DNA of 64,000 nucleotides from Thermoanaerobaculia bacterium. Its GTDB lineage: Bacteria > Acidobacteriota > Thermoanaerobaculia > Multivoradales > Multivoraceae. The DNA lies in contig OY762911.1 in NCBI GenBank assembly GCA_963666565.1, positions 32,001-96,000 on the forward strand, written 5' to 3'. The notes below the pieces were generated by a model that saw nothing but the letters and a program-made list of their open reading frames with translations, was not told where the DNA came from and searched no databases. Shown here one piece after another: positions 36,417 through 45,889 of the stretch (position 1 is the stretch's first letter; each line of letters starts with the position of its first letter). Position numbers and translations under genes: made by a program.

Positions 36417-37487
36417 ATGCTGTCGCGAATCACTCTCCTGGTTGCCATGGGCTTCACCGTCCTTTCGCTCGCTTCGCGTGAACTTTCTGCGCGGTGTGTT
36501 CTCACGTCGCCCGACAACGGGCCGCTCGATGCATCCGAGGAACCGCATGCGTTCTTCTTGGAATCAGAAAGAACATCACGGCTCTATCGGGAGATCATAG
36601 CAGCCGACACGCTGGAGGTATTCAATATCTCCGGCAACGTGCGATTCGCCGGCTCTGTACTCAAGGCTGATCATGTGGTCTTTACCGAGAACAGCGTGCT
36701 TGAGTTGCTGGACACAGACGCACCCTTCTGGGCGATCGTAGCTGACACGCTGACCTTTCGCGGGAACGGAATCCAGATCATCCGAAGCGCGGACTATAGT
36801 ATTGAACAGAGTGAAGCCGGATCCGGAGGAACCAACGGTCTCGCCTACTATGGTCGCAACGGTAACGGAGATGGTAGGGCCGGCGGAAGCGGGGGGAACG
36901 GTTCTCCCGGAGCGCGTGGCAATGCCAAAGAACTGCCATGTCTCTTTGTACTGGCCGGCAGGCTGGAAGTGATCCGTGTCGAGGAACCGGTCGTTCTTCG
37001 GCTCCCCGGCATCGACGGAGGCCGCGGTGGGAATGGAGGCCCAGGAGGAGACGGTGGCCGAGGCGAAGACGGCGCCAATGCGAGCGGCTCTCCTCTTTGC
37101 AGGCGGGAGCCGCGGGACGGCGGAGCCGGCGGTGATGCTGGCGATGGTGGACGAGCGGGAGATGGCGGCGCCGGTGGGCGGGGTGGGGATGTGATCTTTG
37201 TTGGCGACCTCGCAGATGGGCGGGAATTCATGAGCTTCACGATTCTCAACGAGGGCGGGGCAGGAGGTTCGCCTGGGTTGGCGGGAAGCCCTGGTAAGTC
37301 CGGCCAAGGTGGCGATCGGGGCCACCGAAACGGAAGACCTTGTTTCCGTTCGTCGAGCCACGGCGCGGCAGGCGCTTCTGGAAAGGCAGGATCGCAGGGA
37401 CAGGCCGGCGAAACTGGCGTGCGCGGCACCGAGCAGATCGTTGTAATCGAGGATCTTTCGTTCTTGTTTTCGAGAACGTCGCGGTAA
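36417..37487 (+). CDS. Secreted Gly-rich (GGx/Gxx repeat) protein
   Basis: AAGGA RBS, signal peptide, GGRGGNGGPGGDGGRG tracts. Confidence 0.75.
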   Translation: MLSRITLLVAMGFTVLSLASRELSARCVLTSPDNGPLDASEEPHAFFLESERTSRLYREIIAADTLEVFNISGNVRFAGSVLKADHVVFTENSVLELLDTDAPFWAIVADTLTFRGNGIQIIRSADYSIEQSEAGSGGTNGLAYYGRNGNGDGRAGGSGGNGSPGARGNAKELPCLFVLAGRLEVIRVEEPVVLRLPGIDGGRGGNGGPGGDGGRGEDGANASGSPLCRREPRDGGAGGDAGDGGRAGDGGAGGRGGDVIFVGDLADGREFMSFTILNEGGAGGSPGLAGSPGKSGQGGDRGHRNGRPCFRSSSHGAAGASGKAGSQGQAGETGVRGTEQIVVIEDLSFLFSRTSR

Positions 37488-37497
37488 GGATAGTGCC

Positions 37498-38033
37498 GTG
37501 CATCTCGCGGTTGACCTCCGCGAGGCGGCAAGTTCGAGGCACGTCGACTCGTGGCGTGCCTCTCTATATGGACACACACTCGACGGACCGGCCATCACCG
37601 CCGCGACCCTGGATGAGGCTGGACTCGTACGTGCTACCGCCGACCGGGATGAACCGGTCCGTCCGGTAGCAACCGCGGCCTATCTGTGGCCTTGCGGGAA
37701 GAACGCGACTTGGGTGCGATGTGGTCCCATGGGTGTTCTGGACGCCACACTGTTCGGCCAAGGCGGATTGCATCAGGCGTCGGGTGTCGGAGTCGGATTT
37801 CAGTTGGCGTTAATCTCCACCGAATCAAGGCGCCATGATCGCTCGTTCGGCCTTGGCCTAGCCTACATGCGAGACTCAACCACGAACGCCTCCGAGATGA
37901 CTTCATGGCCGGGGAAATGGCACCAGACGGAGCAACAGAAGTGAAATACGCCGACACGCATTCCGACGCGATTCTGCTAGTCGTCACCTATTCCTTTGGA
38001 TGGAAGCGCTACGAAAGAGAGGCGGAACGATGA
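37498..38033 (+). pseudogene. Frameshifted hypothetical gene
   Basis: After ...GLAYMRDSTT near 37884 another frame continues ERLRDDFMAGE...ILLVVTYSFGW to TGA 38033. Confidence 0.4.
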
Positions 38034-38114
38034 GCCGGACCCGCAGATACTCCGGCAGAACGGAGCCATCGTCCGAGGGGCGTACGAGAAGTCGCTCTTC
38101 CGAGTTGGTAGTGG

Positions 38115-38237
38115 ATGCAGGTCGTAGCGACCGGAGCGCGAAAGGCGTTGCCAGTCCTTGAGGAAGCTCTGCGTGAAGTCCACGCGCCGGGGTGGGCGCG
38201 TCCGTTTACTGGCGGCCCGCTTCTTCAAGCTCAGCAA
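38115..38237 (-). pseudogene. yafQ: Truncated YafQ-family toxin (N-terminal about 40 aa)
   Basis: KKRAASKRTRPPRRVDFTQSFLKDWQRLSRSGRYD, then similarity stops. Confidence 0.7.
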
Positions 38238-38568
38238 ACACCTCGTTCGCGCTGGCGAATCGAGCCGTCCCGCGCCTCATCGTTTCCTCCGACTCGGCCA
38301 TGGCCTTGCGGGTCTCGGCGTTTGGCACCTTGAGTTCGAATGGGAAGGCCTGGTCGAGCTCGTCAAAGAAGGCCTCGAACTCGACTCCGCCCTGCTCGGC
38401 CGCTTCGACGCGGGCCTGCTCGATCAGGTCGTGGTCGGCGTCGTCCATCGCCGCGTCGGCGCGCCTGGACGGCAAGGCCTCGTTCACCGGTTCCGGGACC
38501 TGCTTGCGCTTGCGACGGGCGGCAGCTTCCAGGACCCTGTCCAAGCGGTCGTCCACGACCGCCGTCAC
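38206..38568 (-). CDS. Chimeric antitoxin with a DinJ/RelB-like C-terminus
   Basis: PFELKVPNAETRKAMAE...ARFASANEVFAELE preceded by a non-DinJ segment; GTGA overlap. Confidence 0.55.
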   Translation of the reverse strand: MTAVVDDRLDRVLEAAARRKRKQVPEPVNEALPSRRADAAMDDADHDLIEQARVEAAEQGGVEFEAFFDELDQAFPFELKVPNAETRKAMAESEETMRRGTARFASANEVFAELEEAGRQ

Positions 38569-39173
38569 GAGAACACACGCGGCTCGAAGCCCGCCGCGTT
38601 CACGATCGTGGCGCTGTTGCCGGTGGCCCGGATGACGAACAATCCCTGGCGCTCGGCGTAGGTCACGACGTCCGGGTCGCTTCGCAGGAAGGCGACCGCT
38701 CCGTAGATCGTGTGTCCCCTGTACTCCGGACACCAGTCCAGGAAACGGGCGAGCTTGCCCAGAAAGCGGGTCACGCCTTCCGAGCGGAGCGTCGTCTTGA
38801 CCTCGACGACCACGACCTCCTCGCCGTTCACGGCCAGGATGTCGACCTCGAAGTGCTCGCCGTTTCGTGTCCTGACGGTTCTCTCCGTGGTCCCTTCCAC
38901 CGCGATGCCGCGTTCCTTCAGGAGGGGCACGAGGTCGCCTTCCACCAGGCTCTCCATCAGCCTGCCCCACTGCGTCGTGAACAGATCCTCGGCCTTCTTC
39001 AACCGCCGGTCGGTTTCCCGCATCTGCCGGTCGGTCTTCTGCATCTGGCGGTCCGTCTCCGCCTGGGAGGCGCGCAGCTCGGCGATCTGCCGAGACGTTA
39101 GCTCCAGCGTGGCCCAGACCTGCTCCGGAAGCGAGGCGGGGGCTTCTCCTTGTCCATGTACTCCGTTTGTCAT
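38565..39173 (-). CDS. Coiled-coil plus PD-(D/E)XK-like protein (DUF3782-like)
   Basis: ETDRQMQ-KTDRQMR-ETDRRLK heptads, WGRLMESLV, EVDIL...VVEVKTTL. Confidence 0.8.
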   Translation of the reverse strand: MTNGVHGQGEAPASLPEQVWATLELTSRQIAELRASQAETDRQMQKTDRQMRETDRRLKKAEDLFTTQWGRLMESLVEGDLVPLLKERGIAVEGTTERTVRTRNGEHFEVDILAVNGEEVVVVEVKTTLRSEGVTRFLGKLARFLDWCPEYRGHTIYGAVAFLRSDPDVVTYAERQGLFVIRATGNSATIVNAAGFEPRVFS

Positions 39174-39248
39174 GACCGTCCTTTCTCCCCTCCGGTCACG
39201 CCGAAAGCTATCAGCGGGGCCGCCCTCTTCGGGCTGGCATCCAAGCCC

Positions 39249-40904
39249 ATGGATTCCGCCGCGTGCCCGCCCGACCGCTCGGGCGCCGGTATCCTCCATG
39301 GCGAAGTGCCGGCACGACGCGAAGGCCCAGCGGCTCGTGAGTCCTCCGGCTTCTGGCGAAGACTCCCGGTCTTCCGCGACCACCCGCCCGGCCTGGGCGT
39401 CTGCTTCCTGGTCGAGATGTGGGAGCGCTTCTCGTACTACGGGATGCGGGCGCTGCTCATCTTCTACCTGACCCAGCACTTTCTCTTCAGCGACAGCCGG
39501 GCCTTCGTGCTCTACGGCGCCTACGCGTCGATGGTCTACCTGCTGCCGGTGCTCGGCGGGGCGGTGGCGGACCGCTGGCTCGGCCCGCGCAAGGGAGTCA
39601 CCTTCGGCGCCCTGCTCCTGGTCGCCGGTCACTTCCTGATGACGATCGAGGGGCCGGCGGCCGAAGAGATCTCCTCCGCCGGAGGGGTGGTCGTCGAACG
39701 CAGCGAGTTCCATCTGAGCCTGTTCTATCTGGCGCTGGCTCTGATCGCGACCGGCGTCGGATTCCTCAAGACGAACGCGTCCACGGTCGTCGGCGCTCTC
39801 TACGAGAAAGGCGATCCGCGCCGGGATTCCGGCTTCACCGTCTTCTACATGGGGATCAACCTGGGCGCGGCGGTCGCTCCCCTGCTCTGCGGCTGGCTGG
39901 GCCAGACCTGGGGCTGGCGCTACGGCTTCGGTCTCGCCGGCGTCGGCATGCTGGCCGGACTGCTGCTCTACCTGAGGGGCCAGAAGTACCTCCGCGGCCA
40001 CGCGGATCCGCCGCGGCCAGAGGCGCTGAAGGAGCGTGTGCTCCCCGGACTCCCCCGCGAAACCGCCATCTACGTTGCGAGCCTGGGCCTGGTCGGCGGC
40101 GTCTGGTGGGTGCTCCAGCACCCGCCGGTCGTCGGCGGCCTGCTGTCGGCCACCGGCGCGGCGCTGGGCCTCTTCGTCCTCTGGTACGCGCTGCGACGGT
40201 GCGACCGGACGGAGCGCGATCAGCTTCTGGCCTGCGCGGTCCTGGTGGCCTTCACCATCGGCTTCTGGGCCTTCTACGAGCAGATGGGCAGCTCGCTCAA
40301 CCTCTTCGCCGACCGCATGGTCGACCGCGAGTTCGCAGGCTTCGAGATTCCGGCCTCCACGCTGCAATCCCTGCCGGCGATCTACGTCATCGCGCTGGCG
40401 CCGCTGTTCAGTTGGCTGTGGATCGCGCTCGGCCGGCGCGGCCGGGAGCCTTCGACACCCGTCAAGTTCGTTCTCGCGATCGTCCAGATCGGCCTCGCCT
40501 TACTGGTGCTGGTTCTCGGCAGCGCGCTGCGGCCGGACGACGGCAAGGTGGCGCTGATCTGGTTCGCCCTCACCTTCCTGCTGATGGTGACCGGCGAGCT
40601 CTACCTGGCGCCGGTCGGCATGTCGATGGTGACCCGACTCTCGCCGAAGAAGATCGTCTCAACGATGATGGGGTCGTTCATGCTCGCCTATGCCGCCTCG
40701 AGCTACATCTCGGGGTTGATCGCCCGGCTGACGAGTGCCACGACGGTCGGCGGAGAGGTCGCCGACTTCGAGGCGGCGCTCTCGACGTACGGCGATGTCT
40801 ACACCAGGATCGGGCTGCTGGCGCTGCTCGTCGCGGCCGTGCTCGGCGCACTGACGCCGCTGCTCGTGCGCTGGATGCACGCGCCGAGGTTGCGGTCGGC
40901 GTAA
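39249..40904 (+). CDS. POT/PTR2 proton-dependent oligopeptide transporter
   Basis: HPPGL, EMWERFSYYGMR, GFTVFYMGINLG. Confidence 0.94.
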   Translation: MDSAACPPDRSGAGILHGEVPARREGPAARESSGFWRRLPVFRDHPPGLGVCFLVEMWERFSYYGMRALLIFYLTQHFLFSDSRAFVLYGAYASMVYLLPVLGGAVADRWLGPRKGVTFGALLLVAGHFLMTIEGPAAEEISSAGGVVVERSEFHLSLFYLALALIATGVGFLKTNASTVVGALYEKGDPRRDSGFTVFYMGINLGAAVAPLLCGWLGQTWGWRYGFGLAGVGMLAGLLLYLRGQKYLRGHADPPRPEALKERVLPGLPRETAIYVASLGLVGGVWWVLQHPPVVGGLLSATGAALGLFVLWYALRRCDRTERDQLLACAVLVAFTIGFWAFYEQMGSSLNLFADRMVDREFAGFEIPASTLQSLPAIYVIALAPLFSWLWIALGRRGREPSTPVKFVLAIVQIGLALLVLVLGSALRPDDGKVALIWFALTFLLMVTGELYLAPVGMSMVTRLSPKKIVSTMMGSFMLAYAASSYISGLIARLTSATTVGGEVADFEAALSTYGDVYTRIGLLALLVAAVLGALTPLLVRWMHAPRLRSA

Positions 40905-40931
40905 GCTTGCGGATGAGTGACAGTCCAAGGT

Positions 40932-41004
40932 GGAGCCGGCCTTCGGCCGGCGCGTCTTTCTGGCCGCCTGCGGCGGATGCGGGTCGGAAGACCCGCGCAC
41001 CCAG
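40932..41004. repeat. REP-like family A composite
   Basis: GGAGCCGGCCTTCGGCCGGCGC...GCGGGTCGGAAGACCCGCGCACCCAG. Confidence 0.72.
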
Positions 41005-41025
41005 TCGGCTACGCCTGGAGAGAAC

Positions 41026-42810
41026 ATGAACAACAGAACGGTCTTCAGTCTCTGCCTCGCCGGTTGGCTCGTGGTGGCCGCGCCTGCCGCGTTCGCCGGC
41101 GCGGCCGACGAAGCGACGGTCGACCTCAGCCCGGCCAACTGGAGCGACCGCGAGGCGCTCGAGGAGCTGAACGCCTTCTTCGAGACGGACAAGCCGCTCG
41201 CCGAAGGCGAGAACGGCGTGATCAGCGGCACCACCGGACCGGCGGCGGTCAGGGCCGGCCTCGAAGCCCTTCGCCAGGGCGGCACCGCCGCCGACGCGGT
41301 GATCGCCACCGCTCTCACCCAGATCTCCCTCGCCGGCGGCGCCTGGGTCAGCTACGCCGGGATCTTTAACCTCGTCTACTACGAGGCGGAGAGCGGCGAG
41401 GTGTTCAACGTGAACGGCGCCTACGACACGGTCCGCGGCGAGACCGAGCCGATGACGATCCCGAGGTCGACGACGGCCGGCGGCAAGCACGAGCCGAGCG
41501 GCCGCACCGCCCTGGTGCCGGGGTTCTTCGGCGGCCTCGGCGCCACGCACGAGCGCTTCGGGAAGCTGCCGTGGGCCAGCCTCTTCGAACCGGCGATCCA
41601 CTACGCGGAGAACGGCGTCCTGCTCGGCGCCATCCACACGAGCATGATCGAGATGCGCAAGGAGGCGCTGTCCCGCCTGCCCGCTACGCGCAGCATCTTC
41701 ACCGACGATGACGGCGCCTTTCTCGGCGAAGGGGATCTGCTCCGGCAGCCGGAACTCGCCTCGACTCTCCGCGCCGTCGCCGACCAGGGGATCGACTACG
41801 TCTACCGCGGCCCCTGGGCCGAACGGCTGGTCGAGGCGGTCCAGCGCGACGGCGGCAAGCTCTCGATGGAGGACATGCGGAGCTACGAGGCCCTGGTCGC
41901 CGAGCCGGTGCACTCCACCTACAACGGCTTCGACGTCTACGGCCACGGCCTGCCGGCGCAGGGCGGCGTCCACGTCGCCGAGGTGCTCAACGTCTCCGAG
42001 GCGGCCGGGCTGCGCGACATGGGTCACTACGCGAAGTCGCCGGAGGCCTTCTTCTGGGTGAACCAGATGACCAACCTGATGAGCCTCGTCTTCCTGCCCG
42101 AACCGATGCGCCGCACGCTGTACGGCGACCTCGACGCCACCCTGGCGGGCCGGACCAGCAAGGAGAACGCCGCGGGGCTCTGGAAGAGGATGCAATCGGG
42201 CATTCCGCCTCTGGTCAAGGTACCCGCGCCGGTCGATCCGAAGCACTCGGACGCCATCGTCGCCATCGACTCGCACGGCAACGTCGCCGCGGTCGTCCAC
42301 ACGATCAACACCTCGGCCTGGGGCGACACGGCGATCTTCGTCGACGGCATTTCGATCCCCGACTCGGCGTCCTTCCAGCAGGCGCTGATCGCCGAGACCG
42401 GCCCCGGCAAGCGGCTGCCGGACCCGACCGAGCCGATGATCGTCCTGCGCGACGGCAAGCCGGTGGCCGCCCTCGCCTCCATCGGCGCCGGCCTGCACCA
42501 GAAGACGATCAGCGTGCTCCTGAACCTCCTCGACTGGGAGATGGACATCAAGGAAGCGATCGACGCTCCCTCGCCGCACCTGCCGGCTTTCGGCCCCATG
42601 GGCTCGCCCAGCACACAGGTCATCGAGGGCGACTTCTCCCCCGAATTGCTCGAGGCCGCGCGCGGTCTCGGGCTCCAGATCAAGGTGGTTCCGGCCGGCC
42701 TCGAGTCGCGGGCGCCGCGCGGCTACGTCGTCGGGGCGACGATCGGTGAGGACGGCAAGCGACAGGCCGCCGCGACGACCCTGCTCAGCGGCCTGGCGCT
42801 GTCGCACTGA
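41026..42810 (+). CDS. Gamma-glutamyltransferase-family Ntn hydrolase, secreted, atypical active site
   Basis: GGTAADA, VPG, HERFGKLPW, QPELASTL; HSDAIVAID at the usual Thr nucleophile position. Confidence 0.88.
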   Translation: MNNRTVFSLCLAGWLVVAAPAAFAGAADEATVDLSPANWSDREALEELNAFFETDKPLAEGENGVISGTTGPAAVRAGLEALRQGGTAADAVIATALTQISLAGGAWVSYAGIFNLVYYEAESGEVFNVNGAYDTVRGETEPMTIPRSTTAGGKHEPSGRTALVPGFFGGLGATHERFGKLPWASLFEPAIHYAENGVLLGAIHTSMIEMRKEALSRLPATRSIFTDDDGAFLGEGDLLRQPELASTLRAVADQGIDYVYRGPWAERLVEAVQRDGGKLSMEDMRSYEALVAEPVHSTYNGFDVYGHGLPAQGGVHVAEVLNVSEAAGLRDMGHYAKSPEAFFWVNQMTNLMSLVFLPEPMRRTLYGDLDATLAGRTSKENAAGLWKRMQSGIPPLVKVPAPVDPKHSDAIVAIDSHGNVAAVVHTINTSAWGDTAIFVDGISIPDSASFQQALIAETGPGKRLPDPTEPMIVLRDGKPVAALASIGAGLHQKTISVLLNLLDWEMDIKEAIDAPSPHLPAFGPMGSPSTQVIEGDFSPELLEAARGLGLQIKVVPAGLESRAPRGYVVGATIGEDGKRQAAATTLLSGLALSH

Positions 42811-42847
42811 GCCAGCACCGTCAACAGCCGGAATCAGGAGAGGACTG

Positions 42848-43951
42848 ATGGAGATCTCCGAGCGGGCGACCGCTCTTCACCGCGAATCGATCGTGATCGA
42901 CGGTCACTGCGACATCCTGATTCCCGTCAGCGACGGCAAGGTGAAGCTCGACGAGAGGGTCGAACTCCCCGAGTCCGAGGGTTGGCAACCGCCGCTCGGG
43001 CTCGACATCGGCCCCTTCGCCCAGTTCGGGATGTCGGCCCACACCGTCTGGTTCGGCTGCATGGGCCAGTACGACCTGCCGCGCTGGCGGGAAGGCGGCG
43101 TCACCTCGCAGCTCTGCGCGGTCTACCTCGACGACGAGCAGCTCAACAGCCCGCTCCACCGCGGGCTCGAGATGACCTGGAACCTGCACAACGAGGTCGA
43201 GCGGCTCGACGACCTGGTGCTCGCCACCTCAGTGGCCGAGATCCGCCAGGCCAAGAGGGACGGACGCGTCGCGCTCGTCTTCTCCTTCGAGGGCTGTGAG
43301 GCGCTGGGCGCGGATCCGCGCTTCCTCGATCTGTACTACAAGCTCGGCCTGCGGGTGGCCAGCCTGACCCACACCCGCCGCAACATCTACGCCGACGGCT
43401 GCTGGGCCGCCGACGACCAGGGCGGGCTGACGGCCGCCGGCAAGGCCCTCATCGACCGCATGGTGGAACTGAACATCGTCGTCGACCTGGTGCACATCGG
43501 CGAGCGCGGCTACTGGGAGATCCTCGACCGGGTCGACCGTCCGGTCATCCTCTCCCACACGACGCCGACCATGTTTCCCAACAGCGATCCGGAGTCCCGT
43601 CTCGGCGGAGGCACCCTTCCGCGAACCCGCCTCGAACTGCCGCGCGACCGGAAGATGCTGGAGGCGCTCGCCGAGAACGGCGGCGTGCTGGGGCTGATCC
43701 ACATCACCCACCGCAACCTGTCCGAGGTCGTCGACGACATCGAGACCGCGCTCGACGTGATGGGCCCGGACCACATCGGCATGGGCAGCGACCACTACGG
43801 CCTCGATCTCGCTCCGGAGAGCCTGGAACACATCGGCAAGGTCCCCGCCATCACCGAGGAACTGCTCCGCCGGGGCCACAGCGACGAGACGATTCGGAAG
43901 TTCCTCGGCGAGAACTACCTCCGCGTCTTCGAAGAAGTCTGGGGCGGCTAG
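42848..43951 (+). CDS. Membrane dipeptidase (M19 family)
   Basis: IDGHCD, SFEG, VDLVH, LSH, DHIGMGSD, LGENYLRV. Confidence 0.9.
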   Translation: MEISERATALHRESIVIDGHCDILIPVSDGKVKLDERVELPESEGWQPPLGLDIGPFAQFGMSAHTVWFGCMGQYDLPRWREGGVTSQLCAVYLDDEQLNSPLHRGLEMTWNLHNEVERLDDLVLATSVAEIRQAKRDGRVALVFSFEGCEALGADPRFLDLYYKLGLRVASLTHTRRNIYADGCWAADDQGGLTAAGKALIDRMVELNIVVDLVHIGERGYWEILDRVDRPVILSHTTPTMFPNSDPESRLGGGTLPRTRLELPRDRKMLEALAENGGVLGLIHITHRNLSEVVDDIETALDVMGPDHIGMGSDHYGLDLAPESLEHIGKVPAITEELLRRGHSDETIRKFLGENYLRVFEEVWGG

Positions 43952-43999
43952 GAAGCTGCGCCGCGGCCTCGTGAGCGACGCCTGATCACAGGAGAACCG

Positions 44000-45076
44000 A
44001 TGTCTCGATTGCACCTCTTCCGTCCCCGCCTGCGCGTGTTCCTGCGCGTGCTTCCCATCGCGTGCACCCTTGTCGCCCTGGCCGCCGCACCCGCTTCGGC
44101 CTCCGAACGCCTCGAATTCCTGGGCGACGATCCCAATCTGAAGCACCTCGGTTCCGAGATCGAACGCCTCGCCGAGGCCAGCCTCGGGACGGTGGGAGTC
44201 GCCGCGATCCACCTCGAGTCCGGTCGCGGCGTACTGCTCAACGCCGACGAGCGCTTCCCGATGGCGAGCACCTACAAGGTGCCGATCGCCGTCGAGATCC
44301 TTGCGCAGGTCGACCAGGGCAAACGGTCGCTCGACGACCTCATCACGATGCAGACCAGCGATCACGTCGTCACCTACGGCGTCCTCAGCGACTTCTTCGA
44401 CACGCCGGGCTCTCGCCTGACCATCCAGAACGTCCTCGGCCTGATGCTGCGGATCAGCGACAACATCGCCACCGACCTGCTGTTTCGCGAGGCCGGCGGC
44501 GCCGAGGCCATCACCGCGCGGATGAAGGCGTCCGGCGCCGAGGGAATCCGCGTCGACCGGACCACCCGGGCGCTGATCGCGAACTGGCTCGGCCGGGACG
44601 ACGCCACCGTCGCCAGGCCGATGCCGCCGGCCGAGTACAACCGTCTCATCCTGGAAGCGAACTCGAGTCAACTGGATGAACGCCGACTGGCCGAGCTGAA
44701 CGAAGCGTTCAACTCCGATCCACGCGACACCGCGACGCCCAGGGCAATGGCCGCCCTACTTCGCAAGATCTGGAAGCGGGAGATCCTCAGCGAGAAGAGC
44801 TCGGCCCTGCTGATCGACATCATGGCCCGCTGCCAGACCGGCGAGAACCGGATTCCGGGAGCGCTGCCGCCGGGCACCCCGGTCGCCCACAAGACCGGCA
44901 CGATCGGCGAGACCACCAACGACGTGGGCGTCATCACCCTGCCGGGCGACGCGGGTCGCGTGATCTCGGTCGTCTTCGTCAAGGAATCCAGGCTGCCATC
45001 AAACGAGGCGATGGAACCGGTGATCGCCGAGATCGCGCGGGCCTCGCACGACTACTTCGTGTTCAACCGCGACTAG
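44000..45076 (+). CDS. Class A beta-lactamase-like serine hydrolase
   Basis: FPMASTYK, ISDN, DPRDT, HKTG; omega loop expanded and lacks Glu166. Confidence 0.88.
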   Translation: MSRLHLFRPRLRVFLRVLPIACTLVALAAAPASASERLEFLGDDPNLKHLGSEIERLAEASLGTVGVAAIHLESGRGVLLNADERFPMASTYKVPIAVEILAQVDQGKRSLDDLITMQTSDHVVTYGVLSDFFDTPGSRLTIQNVLGLMLRISDNIATDLLFREAGGAEAITARMKASGAEGIRVDRTTRALIANWLGRDDATVARPMPPAEYNRLILEANSSQLDERRLAELNEAFNSDPRDTATPRAMAALLRKIWKREILSEKSSALLIDIMARCQTGENRIPGALPPGTPVAHKTGTIGETTNDVGVITLPGDAGRVISVVFVKESRLPSNEAMEPVIAEIARASHDYFVFNRD

Positions 45077-45108
45077 GAGTCGAGGTCGCTGACGGAGGCG
45101 ATTCGACC

Positions 45109-45876
45109 ATGCGCTTGAATCAGAAGATCTGCCTCGTCACCGGCGGCGCGTCGGGAATCGGCAGCGCCACCTGCGAGGCGCTTGCCGCCCGGGGCGCCCA
45201 CGTCGTCGTCACGGACGTCGACGAAGCCGCGGGAAGCGACGTCGCGGACGCGGTCGGCGGCGAGTTCGCACGCCTCGACGTCAGCGACCGGGACGCCTGG
45301 ACGCGCGTTGTTTCCGGGATCGTCAGGGACCACGGCGGGCTCGATCTGGTCCATCTCAACGCCGGCGTAACGACTTATCCCGCGGCCGGGGGCGACTTTC
45401 CTGTCTTCGACATCGCCGCACTGCCGGCGGACGCCTACCGCCGGGCCATGGGAGCCAACGTCGACGGAGTCGTCTTCGGTCTGAGTGCGACGGTAGAGGC
45501 GCTCGAGAACCGGGGCGGCGGGGCGATCGTCGTCACGGCCTCTGTTGCCGGGCTCATCACGTGGGAGGTGGACCCCGTCTACACACTGACCAAGCACGCC
45601 GTGGTCGGCCTGGTGCGCGCTCTCGCACCGTCTCTCGTTGAGCGTGGAATCACGCTCAACGCGATCTGCCCGGCCGCCGTCGCGACGAGGATCTTCGGCC
45701 CCGAGGCCGAGGACTTCGTGCGGGAGGCCCGCCTTCGCCTCATGCCGCCCTCCCAGATCGCGGATGCCGTCGTCCTGGCAGCGGCAAGCAGCGAAACCGG
45801 CCAGTGCTGGGTCTGCTACGACGGCAAGGACCCGAAGCTCTACGTGCCGGCCCCGCTTCCGGGGCTGGACGACTAG
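45109..45876 (+). CDS. SDR family oxidoreductase
   Basis: VTGGASGIG, LNAG, YTLTKHA. Confidence 0.92.
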   Translation: MRLNQKICLVTGGASGIGSATCEALAARGAHVVVTDVDEAAGSDVADAVGGEFARLDVSDRDAWTRVVSGIVRDHGGLDLVHLNAGVTTYPAAGGDFPVFDIAALPADAYRRAMGANVDGVVFGLSATVEALENRGGGAIVVTASVAGLITWEVDPVYTLTKHAVVGLVRALAPSLVERGITLNAICPAAVATRIFGPEAEDFVREARLRLMPPSQIADAVVLAAASSETGQCWVCYDGKDPKLYVPAPLPGLDD

Positions 45877-45889
45877 CCGCCGTCGGACG

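Noticed and set aside
36417-37487. True collagen or PE-PGRS protein
   Set aside because: The Gly-repeat tracts are short and interrupted, and there is no PE domain.
44000-45076. Bona fide antibiotic-resistance beta-lactamase
   Set aside because: No Glu166 equivalent, a large omega-loop insertion, and a catabolic gene context.
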